Shown: positions 1-9,588 of the stretch, in pieces | Position numbering within the stretch: position 1 is the stretch's first letter | Layout: every line of letters begins with the position of its first letter | From: Pseudomonadota bacterium | Lineage (GTDB): Bacteria; Verrucomicrobiota; Verrucomicrobiia; Limisphaerales; SXTU01 | Length of the DNA: 64,000 nt | Assembly (NCBI GenBank): GCA_009924135.1 | Contig: RFSE01000005.1 | Coordinates: 3,061-67,060 of the forward strand | Direction: 5' to 3' | Position numbers and translations under genes: made by a program | The notes under the pieces: generated by a model | What the model saw: the letters and a program-made list of their open reading frames with translations, nothing else | What the model was told of the DNA's origin: nothing | The model's database searches: none

Positions 1-2523
1 GAGGAATTCGACGGGGTAGTTGCCCTTCAGATACGCGGTCTGGTAGGCGACGACCGCATAGGCGGCGGCGTGGGATTTGTTGAAGCCGTAGCCGGCGAAT
101 TTCTCGAGCACATCGAAGATCTGGTTGGCCTTCGATTCCGGGATGCTGTTCCGCTCCTTCGCCCCCTTTACGAAGGACGTACGGTACTTGGCCATCTCCT
201 CGGGCTTCTTTTTGCCCATCGCGCGCCGGAGCAGATCCGCGCTGCCCAGCGAGTAACCCGCCAGGATCTGCGCGGCCTGCATCACCTGCTCCTGGTAGAT
301 GAGCACGCCGTAGGTCTCCTTCGAGATGCTCTCCAGCAGCGGATGTTCGTAAACGATCTCGACCTCCCCGTGGCGGCGCTTGATGAAGTCGGGAATGAGG
401 TCCATCGGGCCGGGGCGATAGAGCGCCACGAGCGCGGTGATGTGCTCGACGGAGCTGATCTGGAACTTCCGGCACAAGTCGCGCATGCCGCCGGATTCCA
501 ACTGGAAGATGCCGACCGTGTTGCCTTTGTTGAGCAGGTCGTAGGCTTTCGTATCGTCGAGCGGGATTTCGTCCACGTTTACGGTGATGCCCTGGGTCTT
601 TTTCACCATCTCGCACACATTGCGAATGACGGTGAGGGTCTTGAGCCCCAGGAAGTCCATCTTCAGCAGGCCGAGGTCGCCGACCGGACCCATCGGGTAT
701 TGCGTGACGATGGTGCCGTCCTCGTCCTGCTTGAGCGGCAGCAGGTTCACCAGCGGCTGGTCACCGATGACCACGCCGGCGGCGTGCACGCTGGAGTTGC
801 GCGCGATGTCTTCGAGCACAAAGGCGGAGTCCAGCAGTTCGCGGGTGACTTCCTCCGACTCGTAGGCGGTTTTGAGTTCCGCCGACTGCTTGAGCGCCTT
901 CTCGAGCGTCATCTTCAGGTCCGCCGGCACCATCTTCGCCAGCCGGTCGCACTCGCCGTAGCTCAGGCCCATGACGCGGCCCACGTCGCGGATGACGGAC
1001 TTCGCACCCATCGTGCCAAAGGTGATGATCTGCGCCACCGAATCGCGCCCATACTTCTGCCGCACATACTCGATGACGTCCGCCCGACGATCGTCGGCGA
1101 AGTCGATGTCAATGTCGGGCGGGTTGACGCGCTCGGGATTCAGGAAGCGCTCGAACAGCAGGTTGTACCGGATCGGGTCAACGTTCGCGATGTCCAGCAG
1201 GTAGGTGACCAGTGAACCGGCCGCGCTACCGCGCGCCACGCACGCCACGCCCATTTCCCGGCCCTTCGCAACGAAGTCGGCGGTGATGAGGAAGTAGCTG
1301 ATGAACCCGGTCTTCTCGATGACGGTGAGTTCGAGTTGCAGGCGGTCGATGATGACCTTGATCGCTGCGGCTACGGCCGGCTGTTCGTGGAGTTTTCCAG
1401 AAGTGTTCAGTAGGCAGTTTTCAGTGTTCAGTGGAGCCCCGTCAGCGGCCGCAGTGCCCTCGCCTGACTGAACACTGGATACTGAATACTGATTACTGTC
1501 CAAAGTGGGCAACTTCCTCGGCTCACGAATTCCCTCAACCACGAACTCCTTCCCGACGGCCTTCACGTCCAGCGTGTAGCGGCGGCCCAGGCCTTCGGCC
1601 AGGAGCTTCCGCAGATAGCCTTCGCGCGTGTAGGTTTCGGGCGGATGGAAAACCGGGTAGTGGAGCGTCTTGAAGTCGAAGTCCACGTTGCACTTCTCGG
1701 CGACCTCGACGGTGTTCGTGACCGCCTCGGGCACCTCGGAGAACAGCGCCTTCATCTCGTCTGCGCTGCGCAGGTAGAACTGCTCCGGCACGTAGCGCAT
1801 CCGCTTCTGGTCCGCGAGCTGTGTCTGGGTGCCGATGCAGATGAGGCAATCGTGCGCCTGCGAATGCCCCTTCTCGACGTAGTGCACGTCATTCGTCGCC
1901 ACCAGCTTGAGGCCGAAATCCTTCGCCCACGGGATCAGGTGGCGGTTCACCTTGGCCTGCTCGGGGATGCCATGGTTCTGGAGTTCGAGGAAGTAGTTCT
2001 CCGCGCCGAAGGTTTGCTTGTACCAGTCCACGGTCTCGCGCGCCTTGTCGAGCTGGTCATGCATGATCAATTGCGGCACCTCGCTGGCCAGACAGCCGGA
2101 CAAGGCGATGAGCCCCTCGTGATGCGCCGCGAGCAGTTCCTTGTCCACGCGGGGCTTGTAATAAAAGCCTTCGAGATGCGCCTTGGTGACCAGCTTCACG
2201 AGGTTCTTGTAACCGGCCTCGTCCTTGGCGAGCAGCAGCAGGTGCTGATAGACCTCCTTGCCGCCTCCGCCGGAGCCGGCCTTCTTCTCCAGGCGGCTGC
2301 CGTGCGCAACGTAAACTTCGCAGCCGATGATCGGCTTGATGCCCTTCTCGCGAACGGTTTTGTAGAAGTCCACGGCCCCGTAGAGCACGCCATGGTCCGT
2401 GATGGCCATCGAGTGGAACTTCAGGTCGTGGGCGCGCTCGGCGAGCTTGTCCAGACGGCACGCGGCATCCAGGAGCGAATACTCCGTGTGCAGGTGCAGA
2501 TGGACAAAGTCAACGTGTGACAT
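1..2523 (-). CDS. dnaE: DNA polymerase III alpha subunit (5' part; runs off the window start)
   Basis: Manual translation from ATG 2523: MSHVDFVHLHLHTEYSLLD (PHP), AITDHG, ARGSAAGSLV, FERFLNPERVNPPDIDIDF, GLLKMDFLGL, KFAGYGFNKSHAAAY. Missing from the ORF track because its stop lies outside the window. Confidence 0.98.
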   Translation of the reverse strand, partial: MSHVDFVHLHLHTEYSLLDAACRLDKLAERAHDLKFHSMAITDHGVLYGAVDFYKTVREKGIKPIIGCEVYVAHGSRLEKKAGSGGGGKEVYQHLLLLAKDEAGYKNLVKLVTKAHLEGFYYKPRVDKELLAAHHEGLIALSGCLASEVPQLIMHDQLDKARETVDWYKQTFGAENYFLELQNHGIPEQAKVNRHLIPWAKDFGLKLVATNDVHYVEKGHSQAHDCLICIGTQTQLADQKRMRYVPEQFYLRSADEMKALFSEVPEAVTNTVEVAEKCNVDFDFKTLHYPVFHPPETYTREGYLRKLLAEGLGRRYTLDVKAVGKEFVVEGIREPRKLPTLDSNQYSVSSVQSGEGTAAADGAPLNTENCLLNTSGKLHEQPAVAAAIKVIIDRLQLELTVIEKTGFISYFLITADFVAKGREMGVACVARGSAAGSLVTYLLDIANVDPIRYNLLFERFLNPERVNPPDIDIDFADDRRADVIEYVRQKYGRDSVAQIITFGTMGAKSVIRDVGRVMGLSYGECDRLAKMVPADLKMTLEKALKQSAELKTAYESEEVTRELLDSAFVLEDIARNSSVHAAGVVIGDQPLVNLLPLKQDEDGTIVTQYPMGPVGDLGLLKMDFLGLKTLTVIRNVCEMVKKTQGITVNVDEIPLDDTKAYDLLNKGNTVGIFQLESGGMRDLCRKFQISSVEHITALVALYRPGPMDLIPDFIKRRHGEVEIVYEHPLLESISKETYGVLIYQEQVMQAAQILAGYSLGSADLLRRAMGKKKPEEMAKYRTSFVKGAKERNSIPESKANQIFDVLEKFAGYGFNKSHAAAYAVVAYQTAYLKGNYPVEFL
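1401..1498. repeat. Heptamer palindromic element (CAGTnnn...nnnACTG) in frame inside dnaE
   Basis: AAGTGTT CAGTAGG CAGTTTT CAGTGTT CAGT - spacer - ACTG AACACTG GATACTG AATACTG ATTACTG. Confidence 0.9.
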
Positions 2524-2627
2524 GGGAGGAAAAGTTTGGGCGGGCGCGGCAAGATGTCGAGTGTGGATTCATCGCGCACGGCTGATAATCAACCGCAGAC
2601 CACCTGGTTGGCGGTCCCCGAATTTTG

Positions 2628-2745
2628 GCCGCGAAGGGGCGCAAAGAACGCAAAGCGAAAACTGGTTCACTCATTGCATCCAACATTGGCCGTAGCAGCC
2701 ACCTCAGCAGTTCCTCCTTTTGCGCCGCTTGTGCCTTTTTGTGGC
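2628..2745. repeat. Intergenic imperfect palindrome with ~9-nt period
   Basis: GCCGCGAAG GGGCGCAAA GAACGCAAAG ... TTTTGCGCC GCTTGTGCC TTTTTGTGGC. Confidence 0.6.
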
Positions 2746-2810
2746 AACAATTCAGCCTTGTGACCGAAGCGCGCTGTTGATTTCCGCGCCCCAGCGGCCA
2801 AGCTCGCCCC

Positions 2811-4373
2811 ATGCTTTTCCTACGCTGTTTGCTCCTCACGCTCGCGCTGGCCACCGCTTCGTCCGCCGCCGTCTCGAACTGGCCCCAGGCCGCCGGTCCG
2901 AACGGCACCTGGTCCGTCGAGGCGGATGACGTGCCGGTCAAGTGGAGCGTCGCCCGCGACGAGGGCGTCGTCTGGCGCACCACGCTGCCGGAGACCGGCC
3001 AAGGCGGTATCGCCGTCTGGGGCGACCGCGTCTTCCTCACCACGCTTAAGCCGGAGGACAGCAAACCGCCGCTGGGCAAGGACATCATCGGCCATTGCCT
3101 CGACGCGAAAACCGGCAAGATCCTCTGGACCGTGAACCTGCCGGGCCGCGAGACCAGCGTGCCGGCCTATTTCTTCAGCGATGCGACCTCGCCTTCGCCC
3201 GTGACGGATGGCCAGTACGTGTGGTTCTTCAATGCCTGCGGGTCCATGGGTTGCTATGACTTCGCCGGCAAGCAGGTCTGGTTCCGCGAGTGGCAGCCGA
3301 CCGGTGGCCGTCCCTTCAACAAGCAGTTCGAACCGATCCTCTTCAACGACGCCCTGCTCAACATGGAGCCGCGCGACACGGATGATCCCAAGCGCGAGGG
3401 CAAGGACCCGTGGAATTACATCCGCGCCCTCGACAAGCGCACCGGCCGTACGCTGTGGGTCGCCGACGATGCGATGACGCACTACAACACGCCCGTCTTC
3501 GGCCGCCTCGCCGATGGTACGCCCGCCGTGCTGCAAGGGCGCGGTGCGTATCATGGCGTGCCCGAGCTGCCCATCGGCCTGAGCCTTACGAGCCTCGCGC
3601 CGGGCAAGGAAGGCAAGACGATCTGGCGCTTTGAGACCAACCGCAGCAAGGCTTGTTACACCATGCATTGGAACACGAAATACGCCGCGTGGTTCGACAT
3701 TGACGCTTCTGAACATCAGGTGCTGGATGCCGCGACCGGCAAGCTCCTCCGCTCGCAATCGCTCGTGAAACAAGTAGATTGGCGGCGCTTTAATCCTGCG
3801 ACCGGCAAGCATGAGCTGCTCGGGGATACGGACCTCTCGAAACAAACGCCGCCGTTGAAAGTCTTCCCCGCGCAGTTCTGCAACATCCTGCTCGGCAACT
3901 GGCACTGGTTCCTCTGTTACACGGAGAACGGCAAACAAAAGCTTGGCCCGCCCTACTCCGTGGGCCGCGTGCATCTCGAAACCGGCAAGGTGGAATACCT
4001 CGAAGTGCCCGTGGCCGTGGCGCGGGCGGCGGGCCAGCCGGACCAGTTCGTCTGGAACAAACCGCAGAAGTCCTCGACAGTCAACTCGCGCGGCATCGAC
4101 GTCGCCTCGGACAAGCGTTCGCAGGGCGATGGGTGGTGGTGGGGCTATCTCGGCAGTCCGACGGCCGCCGGTGGCAAGGTGTATTTCACCACGATGATGG
4201 GCGTCACCTACGTCCTCGACGGTCGCGCCACCGTATTGGATGACAAGGCGCTGCTCGCCGTCAACGACCTCGGCCAGCCCGGCCAGACTTGGAGCCTCAA
4301 CTCGCTCTCCTATGCGGGCGGCCACCTCTTCCATCGGAGCATGAAGGAAGCCGTCTGCCTCGGCCGGAAATGA
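2811..4373 (+). CDS. Secreted PQQ-like (BamB-family) beta-propeller protein
   Basis: Signal peptide, NWPQAAGP start motif, repeated DAKTGKILW/DKRTGRTLW blades. Confidence 0.85.
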   Translation: MLFLRCLLLTLALATASSAAVSNWPQAAGPNGTWSVEADDVPVKWSVARDEGVVWRTTLPETGQGGIAVWGDRVFLTTLKPEDSKPPLGKDIIGHCLDAKTGKILWTVNLPGRETSVPAYFFSDATSPSPVTDGQYVWFFNACGSMGCYDFAGKQVWFREWQPTGGRPFNKQFEPILFNDALLNMEPRDTDDPKREGKDPWNYIRALDKRTGRTLWVADDAMTHYNTPVFGRLADGTPAVLQGRGAYHGVPELPIGLSLTSLAPGKEGKTIWRFETNRSKACYTMHWNTKYAAWFDIDASEHQVLDAATGKLLRSQSLVKQVDWRRFNPATGKHELLGDTDLSKQTPPLKVFPAQFCNILLGNWHWFLCYTENGKQKLGPPYSVGRVHLETGKVEYLEVPVAVARAAGQPDQFVWNKPQKSSTVNSRGIDVASDKRSQGDGWWWGYLGSPTAAGGKVYFTTMMGVTYVLDGRATVLDDKALLAVNDLGQPGQTWSLNSLSYAGGHLFHRSMKEAVCLGRK

Positions 4374-4389
4374 TCACCCCCGTCGCCCC

Positions 4390-4779
4390 ATGAGCAAGGA
4401 CCTCTCCCGCGAACTCGTCGCCGAAATGGCCGGTGTCTATCGCGATGCCGAGGAAGCCCGCGTGGCCAGCTTCGTGCGGCTCCAGCAGGAAGCGCAGGAG
4501 CGCCCCAGCCCAATCTGTGCCGGCCAGTCCGTGTGGACGCTCCATCTGGAACCAGTCACCCCCGAAAACGCCGTGAACCATCCGGGCTATGTCGTCCTGG
4601 CCGGCCAGGTGTTGGACACGCGTGAAACCACCTACGAAGTGAGCTTCAGCGGACGAGTGCGGACGTGTCCGCGCACCAGCCTGTACGCGACCTTGGCCGC
4701 CGCCGAACTTGAAGCCCAGCACTGCAACGGCGCCATCGCCCGCCGTCTGGCTGAGTTGCATGATGGCGGACTGGCGTAA
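4390..4779 (+). CDS. Hypothetical protein
   Basis: 129-aa ORF just downstream of the previous gene with plausible codon usage; no motif recognised. Confidence 0.55.
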   Translation: MSKDLSRELVAEMAGVYRDAEEARVASFVRLQQEAQERPSPICAGQSVWTLHLEPVTPENAVNHPGYVVLAGQVLDTRETTYEVSFSGRVRTCPRTSLYATLAAAELEAQHCNGAIARRLAELHDGGLA

Positions 4780-4803
4780 TTCTCCGGCGCGCCCAGTCGA
4801 GCT

Positions 4804-5895
4804 TCAGCTTACCTTCCGCAGCTTCGTGACGCGCCCGGTGTTGACCCACTCGGCCACGAAAATGTTGCCGGCGGCGTCGAAGCAGGCGTCGTGCGGGTGG
4901 AGGAACTTGCCGGAGACCCAGCCTTCGCCCTTTTCCTCGCGGCGGAGTTTCATGCCGTCCTTCAGCACGGCGGCACGCCATTCGGGGTCTTCGCCGAGGT
5001 GGGTGATGACCTTGTCGTCCTTGTCCAGCAGCGTGACCCTGGCGCTGAGGTCGGGCACGAGCATCACGTCGCCGTGCGTGTCGATGTTCGCAGGGAGGAT
5101 GAAGCCGTCGAGGGTCTTCACGTGCTTGCCTTCGAGGGTAAACCATTGCAGCCGCTTGTTCGCACGGTCACAGACAACGACGGAGGGTTTGCGACCAGGT
5201 CGGTCGTCCAGCCAGATGCCGTGCGGGGTGTTGAACTGGCCGTTCTCCTTGCCCGGTTCGCCGAACTTCGCGAGCCACTTGCCGTCCTTGTCGTAGCGGT
5301 GGACGCGGTAGGAACCGTAGCCGTCCGCGAGGTAGAAGCCACCGTCGGGAAGGAAGGCGTAGTTGGTGGGCATGAAGGCGTCGCGACCCCAGCGCTTGAT
5401 GGGCTTGGTGTCCTCGTCCTTGAGATACACGCCCGAGTCCATCGGAGCGTACTTTTGCCAGACGGTTTCACCCTTGAGCGTAAGCTTGGCGAAACTCTTC
5501 ACCTGCTGGTAGGCGGTGACCCAGAGGAATTGCTCCTTGCCCTCGGTGCGAACTTCGAGGCCGTGGCCGCCGCCTTGAAACTGCTGACCGAACGCGCGGA
5601 TGAACTTGCCCTGCGGATCGAACACGAAGATGGACGGGTGGTCCTTCAGGTTCTCGCGGCCCTCGTGGATGACGTAGAGGTTCTGGTCACGGTCCACGGC
5701 GACGTTGTGGGTGGTCTGCCAGGAGTATTGGGCCGGGAGCTGCGCCCAGTTGTGGTGGACCTCGTAGCGATGTTCGCCCGCACCGATGACCAGCTGCTTG
5801 TCAGACTTCTGCGCGGTGAGCACGCGCGGCGCGGCGAGCGCAGCGGCGGTGGTGGCGAGGAAAGCGCGGCGGGATTGAAGGAGGCGGTTATTCAT
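4804..5895 (-). CDS. Tat-exported NHL-repeat beta-propeller, PAL (peptidyl-alpha-hydroxyglycine lyase)-like
   Basis: Start MNNRLLQSRRAFL (twin-Arg); motifs GHGL, ADGYG, PHGI, CDRANKRLQ, HPHDAC. Confidence 0.85.
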   Translation of the reverse strand: MNNRLLQSRRAFLATTAAALAAPRVLTAQKSDKQLVIGAGEHRYEVHHNWAQLPAQYSWQTTHNVAVDRDQNLYVIHEGRENLKDHPSIFVFDPQGKFIRAFGQQFQGGGHGLEVRTEGKEQFLWVTAYQQVKSFAKLTLKGETVWQKYAPMDSGVYLKDEDTKPIKRWGRDAFMPTNYAFLPDGGFYLADGYGSYRVHRYDKDGKWLAKFGEPGKENGQFNTPHGIWLDDRPGRKPSVVVCDRANKRLQWFTLEGKHVKTLDGFILPANIDTHGDVMLVPDLSARVTLLDKDDKVITHLGEDPEWRAAVLKDGMKLRREEKGEGWVSGKFLHPHDACFDAAGNIFVAEWVNTGRVTKLRKVS

Positions 5896-6024
5896 GGTGG
5901 CAGATGAACAGGTCATTAAGTCGGTGAACGCAGAGACAGTGTAAGCGGACCCTTAAAACCTGCAACCCTGAGGAAGCCCGTTGAGGAAACGCGCGGCCAG
6001 GACGCCACGGGACGAACTCCTGCC

Positions 6025-6103
6025 GTAGCGCGGGCAGCCCTGCCCGCGCGTTCTGAACTGGAACCGTTGCGAACGGTCGCTCGGGCAAGGCTGTCCGCGC
6101 TAC
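6025..6103. repeat. GTAG-type REP doublet
   Basis: GTAGCGCGGGCAGCCCTGCCCGCG ... CGGGCAAGGCTGTCCGCGCTAC; near-identical arms at 36132-36208. Confidence 0.85.
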
Positions 6104-6133
6104 GGGGTCCATTGTAAATCCCCTTCCCTGAAC

Positions 6134-6150
6134 GGCATCGCCTGTGCCAG
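6134..6150 (-). promoter_or_regulatory. Possible sigma54 -24/-12 site
   Basis: Minus strand CTGGCACAGGCGATGC (GG-N10-GC); the same bases also give GG-N10-GC on the plus strand. Confidence 0.35.
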
Positions 6151-6162
6151 TTTCCCTCCATC

Positions 6163-8136
6163 ATGCGCGGGCCAGTGTTCATCTTGACGTCCTTCCTCTG
6201 CGGCATGCTGTCCGCGCAGACCACGGACCTCACCATCACGCCCGGCCCCGGTCCACTGCGGCTGGGCCTGCGTGGCCAGGTGGGCCGCGAACACGTCCTG
6301 CAAAGCACGACTAACCCGGCGCTCACGAACAGTTGGGGTGAACTGCTCACGCTCACGCTTACCAACAGCGTTCATTCGTGGTGGGACAGTGCAGCCCCGA
6401 CGGTGCCGCTGCGATTCTACCGCGTCATCGCTCCCGCCACGGCCCGGCCGCCCTTTTACGCCAGCGATTTCCGGCTGATTGACCACACGGACCGTTCCCG
6501 CGAACTGACTTACTACGATAATTACCGCGCCGTGGTGCTGATCTTTACCGCCGTAAGCTGCACAAATTCACAAGCCAGCGTTCCCGTCATCAAGGCGCTG
6601 CGCGACCAGTTCGAGCCGCAGGGCGTGCATTTCCTGCTCCTCAATGCCAGCCCCGGCGATCAACGCACCAACATCGCGGCGCAGGCGGTGGCCCTGGGCA
6701 TCGACCTGCCCATCTTGAAAGACGATGGCCAGCTCGTGGCCCGAGAGCTGGGCGTGCGGGCGACCACCGAGGCGTTCTGTTTCGACACATCAAACTGGAT
6801 GCTGTTCTACCGGGGCGCCCTGGATGACCGACCGGATTTCAACATCGCCCCGCTCCCGACCACCCAACGCTATCTTTCCAACGCATTGGCCAGCTTCATC
6901 GCCGGACAGGTTGTCACGCCGAGCCGGACGGTGCCGCAGGGCTGCACCGTTCTACTGCCCGCGCCGTCCAACTTCACCTACGCGACCAACATCGCGCCGC
7001 TGCTGCAGGCCCGGTGCGTGCAGTGCCACAGCGATGGCAACATTGGCACCTGGTCCATGACCAATCACGCCGTCGTGAGCAACTACTCCCGTTCGATCAA
7101 AAACGAAGTCCTCGCCCACCGCATGCCGCCGTGGCACGCGGACCCCCAATACGGCAGCTTCACCAACGACAACTCACTCACGCCGGACGAGGCGGCCATG
7201 CTCATTCAGTGGATCAACAACGGCGCCCCACGCGGACCCGGCGCGGACCCGCTCGAAGTCACGCCTTCGCCTACCAACGCCTTTTCCTCCACCTGGCCGC
7301 CGGCGCTGGGGACGCCCGATGTGGTGCTGCGCATTCCCACGCAAAACATCCCCGCATCCGGCATCGTAAACTACGTGTATGTGAACGTCCCCAACACCCT
7401 GCCCCAGGACGCATGGCTGCGCGCCGCCGTGGTGCGGCCGGGCAACCGCCGGATCGTGCATCACTGCCTGGTCTATTTCGGAAACAACAGCACGTTCATG
7501 GGGCTGGACGGTTACTTCGCCGGTTATGTGCCCGGGATGGAACCGGTCCCATTTCCGGCCGGCACCGGCAAGCTGCTGCCCGCCGGCACCACGTTGAAGT
7601 TCCAGTTGCACTACACCACGACCGGCCAGACGGAGACGGATCAAACCGAACTGGGGCTTTATTTCGCGCCCACCCCGCCCGCCGCCGAACTTCAAACCAA
7701 GTCCGCCTACGACCTGCTGTCCTTTACCGGCATTCCCTTCTTTTCGATTCCGCCCTTCACCATCCCCGCCGGGGCGGCAGACTATCCGGCCGTAACGGCG
7801 AGCTTCACCCCGTCCACGACCAAAAGTGTCATGCTGTACGAAATCAGCCCGCACATGCACTACCGGGGTTCGCGGTTCAAGTGCGAGGCCGTGTATCCCG
7901 ACAATACCCGCGAAGTGCTCCTCTCCGTCCCCAAGTACGAGTTTCACTGGCAGACGCTCTACCGGCTCACGCAACCCAAGGTGCTGCCCGCCGGGACGCG
8001 GCTCGAATGCAGCGGCGCGTTCGACAACTCCGCCCAGAACCGCGACAACCCCGACCCGAGCGCCACCGCAGTTTTCGGTGAGCAGACGTTCAACGAGATG
8101 TTCATCGGCTACGTCAACTTCTCGGTGATTCCGTAA
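6163..8136 (+). CDS. Secreted redoxin + c-type heme + copper type II (PHM-like) monooxygenase domain protein
   Basis: AhpC/TSA-like segment (YRGALDD), CVQCH, MPPW, VHHCLV, FQLHY, PHMHYRG, NEMF. Confidence 0.85.
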   Translation: MRGPVFILTSFLCGMLSAQTTDLTITPGPGPLRLGLRGQVGREHVLQSTTNPALTNSWGELLTLTLTNSVHSWWDSAAPTVPLRFYRVIAPATARPPFYASDFRLIDHTDRSRELTYYDNYRAVVLIFTAVSCTNSQASVPVIKALRDQFEPQGVHFLLLNASPGDQRTNIAAQAVALGIDLPILKDDGQLVARELGVRATTEAFCFDTSNWMLFYRGALDDRPDFNIAPLPTTQRYLSNALASFIAGQVVTPSRTVPQGCTVLLPAPSNFTYATNIAPLLQARCVQCHSDGNIGTWSMTNHAVVSNYSRSIKNEVLAHRMPPWHADPQYGSFTNDNSLTPDEAAMLIQWINNGAPRGPGADPLEVTPSPTNAFSSTWPPALGTPDVVLRIPTQNIPASGIVNYVYVNVPNTLPQDAWLRAAVVRPGNRRIVHHCLVYFGNNSTFMGLDGYFAGYVPGMEPVPFPAGTGKLLPAGTTLKFQLHYTTTGQTETDQTELGLYFAPTPPAAELQTKSAYDLLSFTGIPFFSIPPFTIPAGAADYPAVTASFTPSTTKSVMLYEISPHMHYRGSRFKCEAVYPDNTREVLLSVPKYEFHWQTLYRLTQPKVLPAGTRLECSGAFDNSAQNRDNPDPSATAVFGEQTFNEMFIGYVNFSVIP

Positions 8137-8139
8137 GAG

Positions 8140-9588
8140 CTACTCCTTGCCCGGCGCGCGCTTCTTCTTGCCGGCTCCGCCGGGACCAGTCGTGGGCGTG
8201 ACGGGCAGGGGCACAAAATCGCGCTGGAGGATCATCCATTCCTGCATCGCGGCCTTCAGCTCGCGTTCGACCGTCACGGCGTCGAGCTTGTCGGCGAGGT
8301 TGTTGAATTCGCCGGGGTCCTTCTCCAGGTCGTACAGCTCGAACATCGGCCGTGGGGACGCGAAGTAGAGCTGTTCGAACTTCGGCTCCAGTTTGCCGGT
8401 CTCGTGCAGTTTCACGATTTCCTTCCAAAACGCGTCCCCTGCGAAGTCCACCGGCCAGTAGGGCAACTGGCCCAGCGCGTTGTAGATCAGCTTGTGCGTC
8501 TTCGATACGACGACGCGCCCAAGGTCAAAGACCGCGCTGTTGCCCGGCAGGCCGGACCCATGCGCGCCGCGTTCAGCGAAGGCGAACTGGCGGCCCTGAA
8601 ACGGTTCACCCCGCAGCAGTTTCGCAAAGCTTTTGCCCGTCATCTCCGGCGGCACCGGCAGCCCGGCCGCTTCGAGAAACGTCGGCGCGATGTCCTCGCC
8701 ACTGATAAGTTCGGCAGACGAGGAGCCGGGCTTGGTATTCCCCGGCCAGCGCACGAGCAACGGGACGTGGATGCCGAACTCGAAGAGCGTGCCCTTGCCC
8801 CGGAACTGCGAGCAGCCGTTGTCGCCCATGAAACCGACGATGGTGCTGTCCGCGAGGCCGCGCTTCTCCAGCTCCGCCATGACTTCGCCAAAGAAGACGT
8901 CGAAGTGCGCGATCTCGTCGTAGTAGCGCGCGAAGTCCTCGCGCACGAGCTGGGTATCGGGATAGTGCGACGGGAGCTTGAGCTTCGCGGGGTCGTGCTT
9001 CACCGGGCCGTGCGTGTTGAGCGGGCGATGCGGGTCGTTCGAGCAAAGCTGGAGGAAGAAGGGTTTGTCCTTGGGCTTCAGGTCGAGGAACTCCTTGAAC
9101 TGGCCCAACGAAACTTCGTTTTCGCCGGCGGTCTTCACGTAATCGAGGCGGTCGGGGAAAGTGGCCAGCTTGTACTTCTCAATCACCGCGCGCGACTCCG
9201 CCGAAGTCGTCGCCCCGTCCATGTGATAGGTGCGTCCCGCCACACCAGTGAACCAGCCCGCCGCGCGCAACGCCTCGGGATACGTCTTGATATCGCGCGG
9301 CAACGGAGCGGAAAAACGCGACATGGCGATGGCCACCGGCGAGCGGCCCGTGAAGATGCTCGCGCGCGAGGGCACGCACTGCGGGCACGTCACGTAGGCG
9401 CGGTCGAACCGCATGCCCTGCGCGGCGAACTTGTCGAGGTTCGGCGTGAGGATGTCCTTGTTCCCGTAACAACCGACGTGCGGATAACTATGGTCATCGG
9501 AGAGGATGAGCAGGACATTCAACTTGCCGGCGGCCTGGGCGATGGTCAGGAAACAGAACGCAATGAGGACGGCAACGAGGCGGTTCAT
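8140..9588 (-). CDS. Sulfatase (S1 family)
   Basis: Start MNRLVAVL overlaps the upstream stop; LSDD, CVPSRASIFTG, GDNG. Confidence 0.92.
   Translation of the reverse strand: MNRLVAVLIAFCFLTIAQAAGKLNVLLILSDDHSYPHVGCYGNKDILTPNLDKFAAQGMRFDRAYVTCPQCVPSRASIFTGRSPVAIAMSRFSAPLPRDIKTYPEALRAAGWFTGVAGRTYHMDGATTSAESRAVIEKYKLATFPDRLDYVKTAGENEVSLGQFKEFLDLKPKDKPFFLQLCSNDPHRPLNTHGPVKHDPAKLKLPSHYPDTQLVREDFARYYDEIAHFDVFFGEVMAELEKRGLADSTIVGFMGDNGCSQFRGKGTLFEFGIHVPLLVRWPGNTKPGSSSAELISGEDIAPTFLEAAGLPVPPEMTGKSFAKLLRGEPFQGRQFAFAERGAHGSGLPGNSAVFDLGRVVVSKTHKLIYNALGQLPYWPVDFAGDAFWKEIVKLHETGKLEPKFEQLYFASPRPMFELYDLEKDPGEFNNLADKLDAVTVERELKAAMQEWMILQRDFVPLPVTPTTGPGGAGKKKRAPGKE

Noticed and set aside
1401-1498. Intein or intron in dnaE
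   Set aside because: Only ~33 codons, no Cys/Ser start with His-Asn end, and no intron structure; it is a heptamer palindrome.
70-2520. Plus-strand ORFs of 381 aa and 291 aa
   Set aside because: Antisense shadows of dnaE, typical of high-GC coding DNA.
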